Shown here: piece after piece, positions 41,390 through 55,770 of the stretch
Layout: every line of letters begins with the position of its first letter
Position numbering within the stretch: position 1 is the stretch's first letter
NCBI GenBank assembly: GCA_951406725.2
Contig: OX597825.1
Coordinates: 72,230,001 to 72,294,000, forward strand
Origin: Octopus vulgaris
Taxonomy: Eukaryota
Length of the DNA: 64,000 nucleotides
Direction of reading: 5' to 3'
Program-made: the position numbers and the translations under genes
Notes under the pieces: model-generated
Database searches by the model: none
Told to the model about the DNA's origin: nothing
The model's input: only the letters and a program-made list of their open reading frames with translations

Positions 41390-42674
41390 TTGATGCTTGT
41401 TTATTACCGGTTCGTAAAATTCGTCGCGTGAAAGCGAATGCTAAAGAAAGCAAGAAGGCGGAGGGGGCGAATTTGGTGTTGGGAGCCAGTCGATTGCATC
41501 AACGCCAGTGCTTAACTGGTGCTTATTTTATCGGCCCTAAAAGGATGAAAGGCAAAGTTGACTTCGGAGGAATTTGAACTCAGAACGTACTGACGGATAA
41601 AAATCCCAATAAGTATATTGTCCGACGTGCTAACAATTCTGCACACTCACTGCCTCTGAAGCCCTTTCCACTATAGGCACCTGGCCTGCAATTTTGAAGG
41701 TAACGGGTTTTTGGATTACATCGACTCCAGTTTACAGCTGGTACTTATTTCCTCGATTCTGAAAGGATGAAATAGCCCTAACCTCTATGTTGGCCCTTAA
41801 TGGGTAATAAAAAAAATTTAAAAAAAGATCCTGAAAGGATGAAAAGCAAAGATGTCCTTCTTGGAATTTGAACTCAGAACGTAAGGACATAAAAAAAAGC
41901 CGCTTAGCGTTTGGTCCGACGTGCTAACAACTCTGCCAGCTCGCCGATCTCAACCGATTCGATTTCGATTTTAATAAATCAATAGTTTAATCGAATTTCT
42001 TATCTCTTTTTTTTTTATAAACATTTCCCTAAAATCGTATCAGTTCCCATAAACATAATATACACAACACAAATCAATAAACAAAAATCATATTGATTTC
42101 AAAGTTTGAAACAAGAGGCTACGTGAAGTGCAGGTTTGGCTGTGTGATAAGAAGTTTGCTTCTGTGTGATAAGAAGGCGGTGAGGTGGCAGAAACGTTAA
42201 CACACCGGGCGAAGTGCTTAGCGGTACTTGTATCGACCGGGCGAAATGCTTAGCGGTATTTCGTCTGCGTTACGTTGTGAGTTCAAATTCCGCCGAGGTC
42301 GACTTTGCCTTTCATCCTTTCGGGGTCGATAAATTAAGTACCAGTTACGCACTGGGGTCGATGTAATGGACTTAATACCTATGTCTGTCCTTGTTTGTCC
42401 GCTCTGTGTTTAGCCCCTTGCGAGTAGTAAAGAAATAGGTACTTGTATCGACCTGTTTCCGTATAAGGCGGCGAGCTGGCAGAACCGTTAGCACGCCGAC
42501 TAAAAGCTTAGCGGCATTTCGTCTGTTTTTAGGTTCTGAGTTCAAATGCCGCCAAGATCACCTGTTTGGGGTTGGTAAAAATAAGTACCACTAGGGCCGA
42601 TGTAATCGTCTTACCCTCTCCTACGAAATTGCTGGCCTCATGTCAACATATAAAGTCAATACGAATGTTATAAG

Positions 42675-42919
42675 TGGAGGCGCGTGGCTTAGTGAGTAGG
42701 GTGTCAGCATCATGATCGTAAGATTGTAGTTTCGCTTCCTGGACCGGGCGATGCGAAGTGTTCTTGTGCAAAACACTTCATTTCACGTTGCTCCAGTCCA
42801 CTCAGCTGATAAAAACGAGTAACACTGCAATGGACAGGCATCCCGTCCAGCTGGGGAACACATACGCCATAGAAACCGAGCCCATGAGTCTGGCTAGGCT
42901 TTAAAAAGGGCGCATTTAT
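42675..42919 (+). mobile_element. tRNA-derived SINE with V-domain-like segment and 15-bp TSD
   Basis: TACGAATGTTATAAG at 42660-42674 and 42920-42934; GCAATGGACAGGCATCCCGTCCAG segment. Confidence 0.85.
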
Positions 42920-44221
42920 TACGAATGTTATAAGAAATTTTAGTTCTCAAAGAGTAAGAGTACAGTTGATTGAAACTTTTGTCTATTCCATTTCAAGACT
43001 GTCTGATTACCATTTGCTCCCACCTGGCATCCAGTTCACACCTGTGGTTTGACGACCTACGAACAAGCGATCGTGTGTCACTTAGATGACGCTATTGACA
43101 GGCTGTCTCAACTAATTAGAGGGTGAAGTCTCTAAAGACTGGGTTTTCGGTAGGCTACAAAGGAAACAAACCATCATTGATAACATTTTGGATGAGCAGG
43201 AAGGCGATATCGATGTGGAGGAATTACAACCGTGTTTCGTGGTCTGCTACCACAACAGCTCCTTTATAGGATCCAGTTAGCTCAAGACATCATCAGGAGG
43301 AACCACGTCTGGTTTCGGTCCCTACTCCTCTACCGTTTTGACATGCCCCCCCCCCCCTTTCGGAGGTGTCTTCAGCTCTGGTGTTGGGTGCATGTCTTCT
43401 TTCTTCTTCTTTCTTCTGTTCCCTGGCCTCATATTTAAACCACGGAGAGGCAGATAGATCACCATGGTCTTTCTGTATTATCTCTGGAACACCTGCTGTG
43501 ATTTTAGCCACCTAGGAAATGAGAGATGAGAGTGAAGTTGGTCGTCCGGCCCAGCCTCCCTCTCTACGATGCAAATCCAGTGATGATGAATACTCAAACT
43601 TTCTGGAACCTCGAAGTTACTGTGGACCTTTCATTACAGCTATATAGTCATATCATATTCGCGACAATGAAATACTGCTAGGTCCTTAGTTTTCTTAAAC
43701 ATGTGAGCACACGGGAAGTGTAAGCATAGGCCGGCGAGATGGCTGAATCGTTAGCACGCCGGACAAAATGCTTAGCGGTATTTCGTCTGCCGTTACGTTG
43801 TGAGTTCAAATTCCGCCGAGGTCGACTTTACCTTTCATCCTTTCGGGGTCGATTAAATAAGTACCAGTTACGCACTGGGGTCGATGTAATGGACTTAATA
43901 CCTATGTCTGTCCTTGTTTGTCCCTTCTATGTTTAGCCCCTTGTGGGTAATAAGGAAATAGGCAACAGTTGTTATTTTCTGGACGCCCACACATCGCGTC
44001 TAAGAGGGCGGAGTCTTTCTCAACTTCGGAAACTAAGGAAGAACAAGGAGGGACTAGCGAAATACATTGTTTTTTTGGGGCGTTTATTTTTTTTTTTAAT
44101 GAAGGAAACTTGAATGCTTATAGACATTGGATACTTTTGAATATCTTTGACGCTAAAGTGTGTACGTATACCTATGTGTGCATGTGTGCATTTTTATAAA
44201 ATCTACGCATACATGAGTGAG

Positions 44222-44415
44222 CATGACGTGTTTGTGTGAGTGTGAGTGTGGACGTGTGCACGTGTTAGTGCTTGTGTGCCCCGCACAAGTGCGTGTACAG
44301 AGATTCATTTCAGGTAGTGATTCTTATGGTGAACAATAATTAATCTCAAGAACGGAAGAGAATTGTTTTCTTTTTCATTTATAAGACGTCATCGAATAGT
44401 GTGTGTGTACATAAT

Positions 44416-44454
<39 letters not shown>

Positions 44455-44703
44455 GATATATATGTAGATATATATACATAATATATAATATATATATATA
44501 TAATATATAATTATGTACACACACACTATTCGATGACGTCTTATAAATGAAAAAGAAAACAATTCTCTTCCGTTCTTGAGATTAATTATTGTTCACCATA
44601 AGATTCACTACCTGAAATGAATCTCTGTACACGCAATTGTGCGGGGCACACATGCACTAACACGTGCACACGTCCACACTCACACTCACACAAACACGTC
44701 ATG
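44222..44703. repeat. ~480-bp near-perfect palindrome centred on (TA)n
   Basis: Arms 44222-~44440 and ~44485-44703 are reverse complements with ~3 mismatches. Confidence 0.92.
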
Positions 44704-45589
44704 GCATGGTTTGTCCGATGTTACAGATATCGGACGGGTATGTTTGATTCTTAGTATTTTCAAATCTAAATCAGAAGAAATCTCTGAGCTGATGAAGGAA
44801 AAATGGCGTTTTACCCACAAATCCAGAAACAGACTGTCCTCGGGTATCGTATATGGATGTGATCTTTCATTGTTTTTCCCTTATACCTATGTGAGTTATT
44901 TTCTGAGTATGCATTGTCTGGAGACTTTTATTTGCAGTTGAAGAAATAGCCAAATTTTTGGCTGCTATTTCTGAAAAGTTCGGTGTGTGGTAAAGTGAAT
45001 TTTTTACTTTACCATATTTTTATAAATTAATACTTCAAATATACCGTAAATGGTCTTTACATACCGAATACTGCTTGGTCGAATTTATTAACAATTAATT
45101 AATTCTACCCCTTTTTGATGACAATATAATGCTTTCTCTCCAAGAATTTGAACTGCAGTTTTTACCTCTGTAGAAATGTAATGCTCTATGACTCACGTGG
45201 GTGGACAGGGAGAATAATAGATCTCATTCGTATTTTTGGATTCGCTAGTACTGGGTGTCTGGCATGGTTTGTCCGATGTTACAGATATCGGACGGGTATG
45301 TTTGATTCTTAGTATTTTCAAATCTAAATCAGAAGAAATCTCTGAGCTGATGAAGGAAAAATGGCGTTTTACCCACAAATCCAGAAACAGACTGTCCTCG
45401 GGTATCGTATATGGATGTGATCTTTCATTGTTTTTCCCTTATACCTATGTGAGTTATTTTCTGAGTATGCATTGTCTGGAGACTTTTACTTGCAGTTGAA
45501 GAAATAGCCAAATTTTTGGCTGCTATTTCTGAAAAGTTCGGTGTGTGGTAAAGTGAATTTTTTTACTTTACCATATTTTTATAAATTAA

Positions 45590-45593
<4 letters not shown>
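44702..45593. repeat. ~333-bp near-identical direct duplication
   Basis: 44702-45034 is repeated at 45260-45593 and followed by (TA)n. Confidence 0.92.
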
Positions 45594-45634
<41 letters not shown>

Positions 45635-45676
45635 GTGAAATAGAAAGATGAATAATCTTGTAGTAGATTAATCAAA

Positions 45677-45741
<65 letters not shown>

Positions 45742-45750
45742 GTATATATA

Positions 45751-45815
<65 letters not shown>

Positions 45816-46065
45816 CGGCGAACTGGCAGAAACGTTAGCATGCCGGGCGAAATGCTTAGCGGTATTTCGTCTGCTGTTACGTTCTGAGTTCATTTTCCGC
45901 CGAGGTCGATTCTTCGCCTTTCATCCTTTCGGGGTCGATAAATTAAGTACCAGTTACGCACTGGGGTCGATATAATCGACTTAATCCGTTTGTTTGTCCT
46001 TGTTTCTCCCCTCTATGTTTAGCCCCTTGTGGGCAATAAATAAATAATAAATATATATATTATAT

Positions 46066-46459
46066 GGAAGTGCAGGAGTGGCTGTGTGGTAAGTAGCTTG
46101 TTTACCAACCACATGGTTCCGGGTTCAGTCCCACTGCGTGGCTCCTTGTGCAGGTGTCTTCTAATAAAGCCTTGTGAGTGGATTTGGTAGACGGAAACTG
46201 AAAGAAGCCTGTCGTATATATGTATATATATATATGTATGTGTGTGTGATTGTGTGTCTGTGTTTGTCCCCCTAGCATTGCTTGACAACCGATGCTGGTG
46301 TGTTTACGTCCCCGTCACTTAGCGGTTCGGCAAAAGAGACCGATAGAATAAGTACTGGGCTTACAAAAGAATAAGTCCCGGGGTCGAGTTGCTCGATTAA
46401 AGTCGGTGCTCCAGCATGGCCGCAGTCAAATGACTGAAACAAGTAAAAGAGTAAAAGAG
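46066..46459 (+). mobile_element. SINE group B
   Basis: Head, core and GGTGCTCCAGCATGGCCGCAGTCAAATGACTGAAAC tail. Confidence 0.9.
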
Positions 46460-46614
46460 AAAAAAAAAAAACAGAGTATGTCCCGCTATTTGAATTGCGG
46501 TTTCGATCTCATGGACGGTCTTCCCAGTTGCATTTACAAACATACTGCTTGACCCGAGTTGGCGGGAAATGGCATTTGCCCAAGATTTCAAGTACGAATA
46601 TCGGACACAAGACT

Positions 46615-46945
<331 letters not shown>

Positions 46946-47239
46946 AGAGTTTGCGTGTCACCTCTTTGACGTAGACAGTTTTCTAGGAACCTTCCTGTGG
47001 CAGAAAAGATAGAAACCATATTAAATATGATATATAATTACGAGTATCCTCCTGATACCTGCTAACATACCCAAGAAATTATTAGTGTCCTGTAATTATT
47101 CGTTACCCATAAATTAAGTTTTATGAGGAGAAAAAGGAGTAACCAAGGATTCGTTCTTGAAACCAGACTTGCAGCACTACGTGATCGTAATAGAAGGTAA
47201 AGTGGCCGCGAGTCATAAACAAATAATGTACGCCAGATA

Positions 47240-47420
47240 TTTACCCGGTGCGTATCGCCACACACCCACGGAGACTGACGGCATCGATCGCGCCTACGTC
47301 CACGTGCACGTGGGCGACACCGCGAGGTTCTCTTCAGCCTCACTTCAGCCTCGCGGTAGCGCGCCGGAGCCGGGGGCGAAGGCGGGCTCGGGCCCGCCGC
47401 TATCGCCCGATACTTTTTGC
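47240..47420. other. CpG-rich, hairpin-rich island of unknown identity
   Basis: Roughly 70% GC with several perfect stems, ending in TTTTT on the + strand. Confidence 0.4.
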
Positions 47421-47629
47421 AATGGTCACACTGGAATCTGTTACGAAATTGAATGAAGTCCAAACATCTGTACTGAACTGATCAGAATACGACTCTTAGT
47501 AATACAATGAATCAATTCCTAGGCATTAACATTCTCATAGAAGATAATAGTGACAGGTGGATGCTGTTCGTTTAGACATAAAAGGAAATAAACGCCAGTA
47601 CGAACACGGAGATGGGGAATGTCTTTTTT

Positions 47630-48013
47630 TGGAAGCACTCCGTCGGTTACGACGATGAGGGTTCCGGTTGATCCGATCAACGGAACAGCCTGCTCGTGAA
47701 ACTAACGTGTAAGTGGCTGAGCACTCCACAGACACGAGCACCCTTAACGTAGTTCTCGGGGATATTCAGCGTGACACAGAGAGTGACAAGGCCGGCCCTT
47801 TGAAATACAGGTACAGCAGAAACAGGAAGTAAGAGTGAGAGAAAGTTGTGGTGAAAGAGTACAGCAGGGATCACCACCATCCCCTGCCGGAGCCTCGTGG
47901 AGCTTTAGATGTTTTCGCTCAATAAACACTCACAATGCCCGGTCTGGGAATCGAAACCGCGATCCTACGACCGCGAGGCCGCTGCCCTAACCACTGGGCC
48001 ATTGCGCCTCCAC
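47630..48013 (-). mobile_element. tRNA(Arg)-derived SINE with TSD TGGGGAATGTCT
   Basis: Near-identical to 2281-2665. Confidence 0.92.
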
Positions 48014-48076
48014 TGGGGAATGTCTATACAGGTACGAAATATTTTTGGTGAAACATTAAGATAAGCATTTAGATTC

Positions 48077-48610
<534 letters not shown>

Positions 48611-48882
48611 TGACTGCCTGTCAGTCTGTTAGTTTGTCTGCCTGTTTGTCTGTCCGTCTGCCTGTCTGTCTGTTTATCTTCTTTCCTTGTATGTGTGTGT
48701 GTGAGTGTGCGTGTGCGTGTATGCGAGAAAGAGAGAGAGAGAGAGAGAGATCTATATATGTACACAGAGAGAGAATGAGAGAAAGAAAACAGGAAAGAGA
48801 TATAAAGTAACCTATCTAGCTATGTATCTATGCATACATGTATATACTTACATACACACTCACATATATTTATATGTATGTG

Positions 48883-48982
<100 letters not shown>

Positions 48983-49118
48983 CACGCACGCACACACACA
49001 CAGATATATATATATATATATATATAAGTAAGGAAAAATTTTTTTAAAAATGCAGAATGCTCAAATGAAAGAAAATTTTAATAAAATGAGAAAATGAGAA
49101 AATATATAAATATATATT

Positions 49119-49159
49119 TATTCAACCGGTTTTCGTCAATGTATGACTTGTCAAGAATA
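49119..49159 (-). ncRNA. hammerhead variant U3-A8 (left pLTR)
   Basis: Exact reverse complement of 51333-51373. Confidence 0.72.
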
Positions 49160-49792
49160 TTTATGTTTTAAGAAGTTTTTTTTAAAAATTAGAAAGGGGA
49201 AAAAAAGAAAATTGCATTGTTTTTTGTAAAAGAATAATGATAAAAATGTACAAAAATTGAAAAATAAGTTCTCCGATACATTGTGAGTTCGTTGTGTATC
49301 TTGAGTTTTATGGTTGTTTACCAAAAAATTACCTTGAGGTGTTAAGATCCAAAGGGATTAAGAGCATGTGATGTGTTGTGTTGTTAAATTCAGCATGTTG
49401 CAGGACAGGAAGTAGTAGTAATTGTGGTCCTGGTTCTTAAGTTCCTGTGTTGTGAGTAAGGGGAGACAACTCTTTTGAGTTCTTCAATAAAACCCAAATT
49501 ATAAAACTATCATTTTAGCTTCATTTGCATTATCTTTTTTATATAATTGCTTGTTAACTTAACTTTCAGATTTTAACACTTTATTTATATTATTTTCTAA
49601 TAATATAAATATGCATAGACAATTGCATTTCAAATTGTCATATCATTTATAATAAAAATGATAGTAATAACAACAATAGTAAAAATGATATTTAAAGAAT
49701 ATAAGTTTTAGCTTGAAGTGATGAATGCATGGTATCTTTATATATTTGTGTTAGTCCATCCATGAAGAGTGAGGTAGAGAAAGGAAGTTTGA

Positions 49793-50793
49793 TCAACGAG
49801 GAGTTTGCATATTAAGTTGTGTTTGGAATTTTTCAATAAAGAGATTCTCCTTGTTAATTCTCTCCTGTGTGGTGATCCCGTCTTTACATTGGTAGAAGGG
49901 GAATATATAGAATTTGGGGTTTAAGTCTTTAGCACATGAGTCTAAGTGGTCACTCAGTGGAATTTGTCGGTATTCCGGGAGATTTATTTGTTCTTTATGC
50001 ACCGTTACTCGTTTACGTAACGGGAGACTCGTTTGTCCAACATAATTATGTTGGCAACCAGCGCATGTGAGAACGTAGATAAGGTTCTCGGAGGAACAGG
50101 AGAAGTTAGTCTTGATTTTAAACTTCGTACCTTGTTTGAAGGTAAATTCAGAGCCTTCAAGTAGAAAGGGGCAGGTACCACAGTTTGAGCGTGCACATTT
50201 TTTTACTGTTGGGGGTGGATGTGGTGTGTGAAGTTTGGCATTTGTCAAGAGTTTTTTTAAAGATTTGTGTTGCCTTTTGCATTTGAGGATTTTGTGTGTA
50301 TTTATAATGTTTTTCATTTTTGGGTCTGTTGACAGTAGACTGAGGTTTTGTATGATTGTGGTGTATGCTTCGATATTTTTGGGGTTGTGGGTGGAAATGT
50401 ATGGAAGTATTTTGAGGTTGTGTGTGGTGTTAGGTTGGGTGGTTTTCAGTGTAGTGTTGTCTAGTTCTTTGGCGCGTTTTATTCCATACTCTATAAGGGT
50501 GGAGGGATATTGACGTTGTAATAGTGTTTTTTTGAGGTCTTGAAGGCGTATTTCTCGTGTTTTTGGATCCGAGACAATGGTGCATACCTTTTTAGCTAAA
50601 TTGAAAGGGATATTTGTCTTGGTGTGTTTTGGGTGTCATGAACTAAAGAGGAGGTATTGTTGTGAGTCTGTAGGTTTGTGGTAGATGTCTGTTATGATTT
50701 GGTTCTTAGGTGTTTTTATAATTAGGAGATCAAGGAATGGGAGATGATGTTTGCTTAATTCCATAGTGAATTGGATGTTGGGATGTATGTTGT
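49793..50793 (-). pseudogene. PLE RT C-terminus + Cys linker + GIY-YIG endonuclease
   Basis: NIHPNIQFTME, LPFLDLLI, TDIYHKPTDSQQYL, NIPFNLA, KCARSNCGTCP, FSCSSENLIYVLTCAGCQHNYVGQT...RVTVH and E..FI.KF...LN; one disruption near 50635. Confidence 0.92.
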
Positions 50794-51332
50794 TTCTTTA
50801 AATATCATTTTTACTATTGTTGTTATTACTATCATTTTTATTATAAATGATATGACAATTTGAAATGCAATTGTCTATGCATATTTATATTATTAGAAAA
50901 TAATATAAATAAAGTGTTAAAATCTGAAAGTTAAGTTAACAAGCAATTATATAAAAAAGATAATGCAAATGAAGCTAAAATGATAGTTTTATAATTTGGG
51001 TTTTATTGAAGAACTCAAAAGAGTTGTCTCCCCTTACTCACAACACAGGAACTTAAGAACCAGGACCACAATTACTACTACTTCCTGTCCTGCAACATGC
51101 TGAATTTAACAACACAACACATCACATGCTCTTAATCCCTTTGGATCTTAACACCTCAAGGTAATTTTTTGGTAAACAACCATAAAACTCAAGATACACA
51201 ACGAACTCACAATGTATCGGAGAACTTATTTTTCAATTTTTGTACATTTTTATCATTATTCTTTTACAAAAAACAATGCAATTTTCTTTTTTTCCCCTTT
51301 CTAATTTTTAAAAAAACTTCTTAAAACATAAA

Positions 51333-51373
51333 TATTCTTGACAAGTCATACATTGACGAAAACCGGTTGAATA
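51333..51373 (+). ncRNA. hammerhead variant U3-A8 (right pLTR)
   Basis: TATTC-TTGACAA-GTCA TACAT TGAC-GAAA-ACCGG-TT-GAATA; perfect stems I and II; palindromic AACCGGTT helix III. Confidence 0.72.
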
Positions 51374-53188
51374 AATATATATTTATATATTTTATCATTT
51401 TATCATTTTATTAAAATTTTCTTTCATTTGAGCATTCTGCATTTTTAAAAAAATTTTTCCTTACTTATCATTTCTCCACGTGCGGTCAACACAACCCCAC
51501 CATTTATTGATCTATATATATATATATATATATATATAGTTAATCCAAACAAGAAAACAAAAAGACAACAACGCAAGGACGTGGAAGAAATAAAGTATTA
51601 TTGGACGCTCAGGAAATGTATATATACATTCATATATATATACACATATATGTAGATACATGCAGAGCTATGTCTGTGTTGTGCATATGTAGTGAAGAAT
51701 AAGAGAGGATATGAAGAGAAGAAGAGATTGCGATGGAGAGAATAGATTTAAGTTTGCGAAATTTCTAATCGAATTTAGCCGTTTCTAAATAGCGCAAGCC
51801 TACGCCTTTGATTTTGTCGGTGCAAATTTCGTTATACTGGTGGCGTATTCTACATTTAGACGAGTTCTTTAACGTATACTGAACATATTTCGAATTGCAG
51901 GTGTAAGAGAGCTTGATTCGCAGGCGGGGAATGAAAGAAACAGGAAGTGAATAGTCAGTTGAACCGGAACTGCAGTCAGTCGGAGCAAAATGGCTTCCTT
52001 TTCATTCTAGAAATGAAAATATCACGAAATATAATTAATTCCATAATGAATGCCGAAAATATTTCAACATTTCGTTGTTTATTTCTGTATTATTTTACCT
52101 TATTTGTTTTTTCTTAACTATAAAAAGGAAAAACGACCATCACTTATAGGACTGTTATACGTCAGCAACACATAGTGTAAGGTGTAAGTCACCGGGAGAA
52201 GACTAAATGATTTCAGATTTTTATCAATGGTTGTAACTTTTCGATTGAGAATACTAGTTAGCTACTCTTAAAACATAGCAAAAACGTAATCATATTCATT
52301 CATGCCACTATCGCCTGAAGTTAAAATGCCTCTTCATGTCTTGGTGGGTATGCTTCATAAAGGAAGGTTAAACATTGAGTATTAGTTTTATAGTTAATAT
52401 CCTTATAATCTGAACAGTTAAAATGAGAAAAAACACGGAAGCAGAATGACACTCTCTGAATTGCCTAACAGTTAGCCATCAGCTACAAAACCGAAAGGAA
52501 GGCGCTTCTACATAGCCGTTCTCGATGCTAGAAAAAGCAGAAAAATCTCCCTCAATTCACTGCCCTACTGCCTGAGGAGATTTGTTGAATAATGTGATAC
52601 CTATTTTCCAGCTCATAAGAAAAAGACGAGGTGGTGACTGGCTTACCTTTGATTATAGGCCTGACAAAAAAAAAAAATGCTAAACAAAGGCAACAAAATC
52701 GAGCCACAAAGATACCACAATGTGGCAGCTCAACCTGCTGGAAAAAGCAGGCAAATATCCTTTAAGGCACATCCTACTCTGTCAAATAAGGAAAGACAAA
52801 GATAAGTTAACATAATGTTAGATAAACTAACATGGTCATGGCTGAAGTGTTCTTGATGCGACTTCTCTATGAGGTCTAACCTGAGGCTAAGCTGAAGAAC
52901 AACACCAACAAAAAAAGGAAAAAAGGACGACGACAAGGAGCTATAGCAGAAGACACTTAATCAATGAGTTTCATTACATGCGTTCGATTGAACTACTAGA
53001 AATAGTAATCAAATCCTCCTCATATCTCCCCGTTTCAACGTCTTAGGGAAGTTGTGATCCACGATTGGTAATGTACGCAACATAAAAACAAAAATAGCAT
53101 TGGGTTTCATCTGAATACGATTTGACTACTATATCTAGCATGACGAGTAACCATGTAGAGGTTTGCTCAGTGACCAGTTGAGGCCGAA

Positions 53189-53322
<134 letters not shown>

Positions 53323-53505
53323 GGGATAGGGGTGGGGCGTTAGTTTACCTTCGTATCATTATTTCAGCCTTCAATATTGTTAAGTAGATTTAAATTTGAA
53401 CTCAGAACATGCAGACGGACGAAATGCCGCTAAGCATTTGGTGTTATCGCGCGCAGGGCAAAGGGCTCAGCGGCATTTCGCCTGTTATACATGTGTGAGT
53501 GTGCA

Positions 53506-53578
<73 letters not shown>

Positions 53579-54367
53579 GTGTTCGTCCTCCACTCACCGC
53601 TTGACAAACCCACCTATCTCTTTTTCACCATCTGAGTTCTGAGTTCAAATTCTGCTGAGGCCGACTTTGCCTTTCATTCCTTTCGGCTTCGTTAAAATAA
53701 GAACCAGTTGAGCACAAGGGTCGATGTAATAGACTATCCCCTCTCCTGAAATTGCTGGCCTTGTCCCAAAATTTGAAATCAATGTCGTTAAATAGAGTAA
53801 ATGTAGATACGTTTGGGACACCTTTTATCATAGATTTGCTTGATAATTGTTATCCGGAGGATCTGGAGACGTTAAATATCACCGACAAACAAGTATCAAC
53901 ATGTACAAGAACGCAAAATAGGAAAAACATTTATGTTGAAATATGAGCTACTGAGTGTTTGCGCGAGGTGGAAAATCTTCCGGTTTATACTTACATAGAA
54001 GATTTCTTGGTTGCAATGTTTGATAGTCGCCTAGCAACGAGAAGCAGATAGGAGGTATTTCCTCCCAGTTGTATGAACCAGAAGTGGTTGTATTGATGAG
54101 GAAAGTCGCAATTGAATGCAACGTCATCGGTAATTTCGAACACGTAAAGTTGTTAAAGACATTGATTTTGAACAAGGTTCTTGCAAAGAGTAAAAGTATT
54201 CACCGATGGACGCACGCGTGGGTGTATGGTTAAGACAATCGCTATGCAACCACGTACGTTGTTTCTAGTTCATGAATCTTGGGCAAGTGTTTTCTGCTAC
54301 AGCCCCGGGCCGACAGACCAATAACTTGTGACTGAATTTCATAGACTGAAACTATGTGGAAGGCCGT

Positions 54368-54900
<533 letters not shown>

Positions 54901-55013
54901 ACACACATACCGGAGTAACCACATGAATGTGAAACAAGGTGGAAAAAAAGAGTACTCAAATACTAGAGTTAGAGTAATATGCTTTATTTAAAAGCAGCAG
55001 AAATGTAACAAAA

Positions 55014-55053
55014 GTTGTTACTCTGAGTTTCACGTTCCCGTTGGTCGGACAGT
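55014..55053 (-). ncRNA. degenerate hammerhead motif
   Basis: ACTGT-CCGACCA-ACG GGAA CGT-GAAA-CTCAGAG-TA-ACAAC; G8 appears mutated. Same helix III as the 1136 motif. Confidence 0.55.
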
Positions 55054-55484
55054 TTTGTTGAAGTAGAACAGAAATAAGGATATGATCAAAACTAGTTAAA
55101 GGATACACCTTTAAAAATGGATTTGTTTCATTGGCCCTTTGAATCAACGGTCTTAAGCATGCACTGAACAAAATAAACAAGACAAATGAACTCAATATAA
55201 ATTCATCCTATTATAAAAATCGAGGAAAACCTTAAATCGAAAAGCGGATTCAAAATACCTATTGCAAATAATTATATATGAAATATAATTCAATTAATAC
55301 TATTAATACATTAAAAATTTTAATTTAAATTTAAAATGTTCACGCTGCATTACATAAATATTTTACAACAGTATATACGCATATCAAACCATCAATATAC
55401 ATATATACATCAAAATACACAGATGGATGTACACAGGTTACATACATATACAGACATATATATGTAAGACGTAAATATACGTTG

Positions 55485-55526
<42 letters not shown>

Positions 55527-55623
55527 CGGGAAGCTTTATGAAAATAAACAAAAGACGAAGGCAGGTGGAGTACAAACAAACAATTGTATTAGTATGGCGC
55601 TCAGGAATATAAATAAAACAAGT

Positions 55624-55659
55624 CTTTTACGTTTCGGGCCTACGCTCTTCAATAGAAAG
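55624..55659 (-). ncRNA. degenerate hammerhead motif
   Basis: CTTT-CTATTGA-A-GAGC GTAG GCCC-GAAA-CG-TA-AAAG in the insert 55524-55733 between (TA)n tracts. Confidence 0.5.
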
Positions 55660-55731
55660 ATACACAGAAAAGAAACACGGAGAGAAACAAGGAGAGAAAA
55701 AATGCGTGCAGAAGCTAGCGATTCAACATAG

Positions 55732-55770
<39 letters not shown>

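Larger units (their letters stand above)
49025..51512 (-). mobile_element. 5'-truncated Penelope-like element (Neptune type) with ~670-bp inverted pLTRs
   Basis: Arms 49025-49698 and 50794-51467 are nearly identical inverted copies. The right arm has a 45-nt extension, and (TA)n lies on both sides. Confidence 0.93.

Noticed and set aside
47237-47250. U1 snRNA-like 5' end ATATTTACCCGG
   Set aside because: Two mismatches, and no U1 stem-loops or Sm site downstream.
47062-47463. 133-aa minus-strand and 99-aa plus-strand ORFs as host exons
   Set aside because: No recognisable domain; the open frames are explained by high GC.
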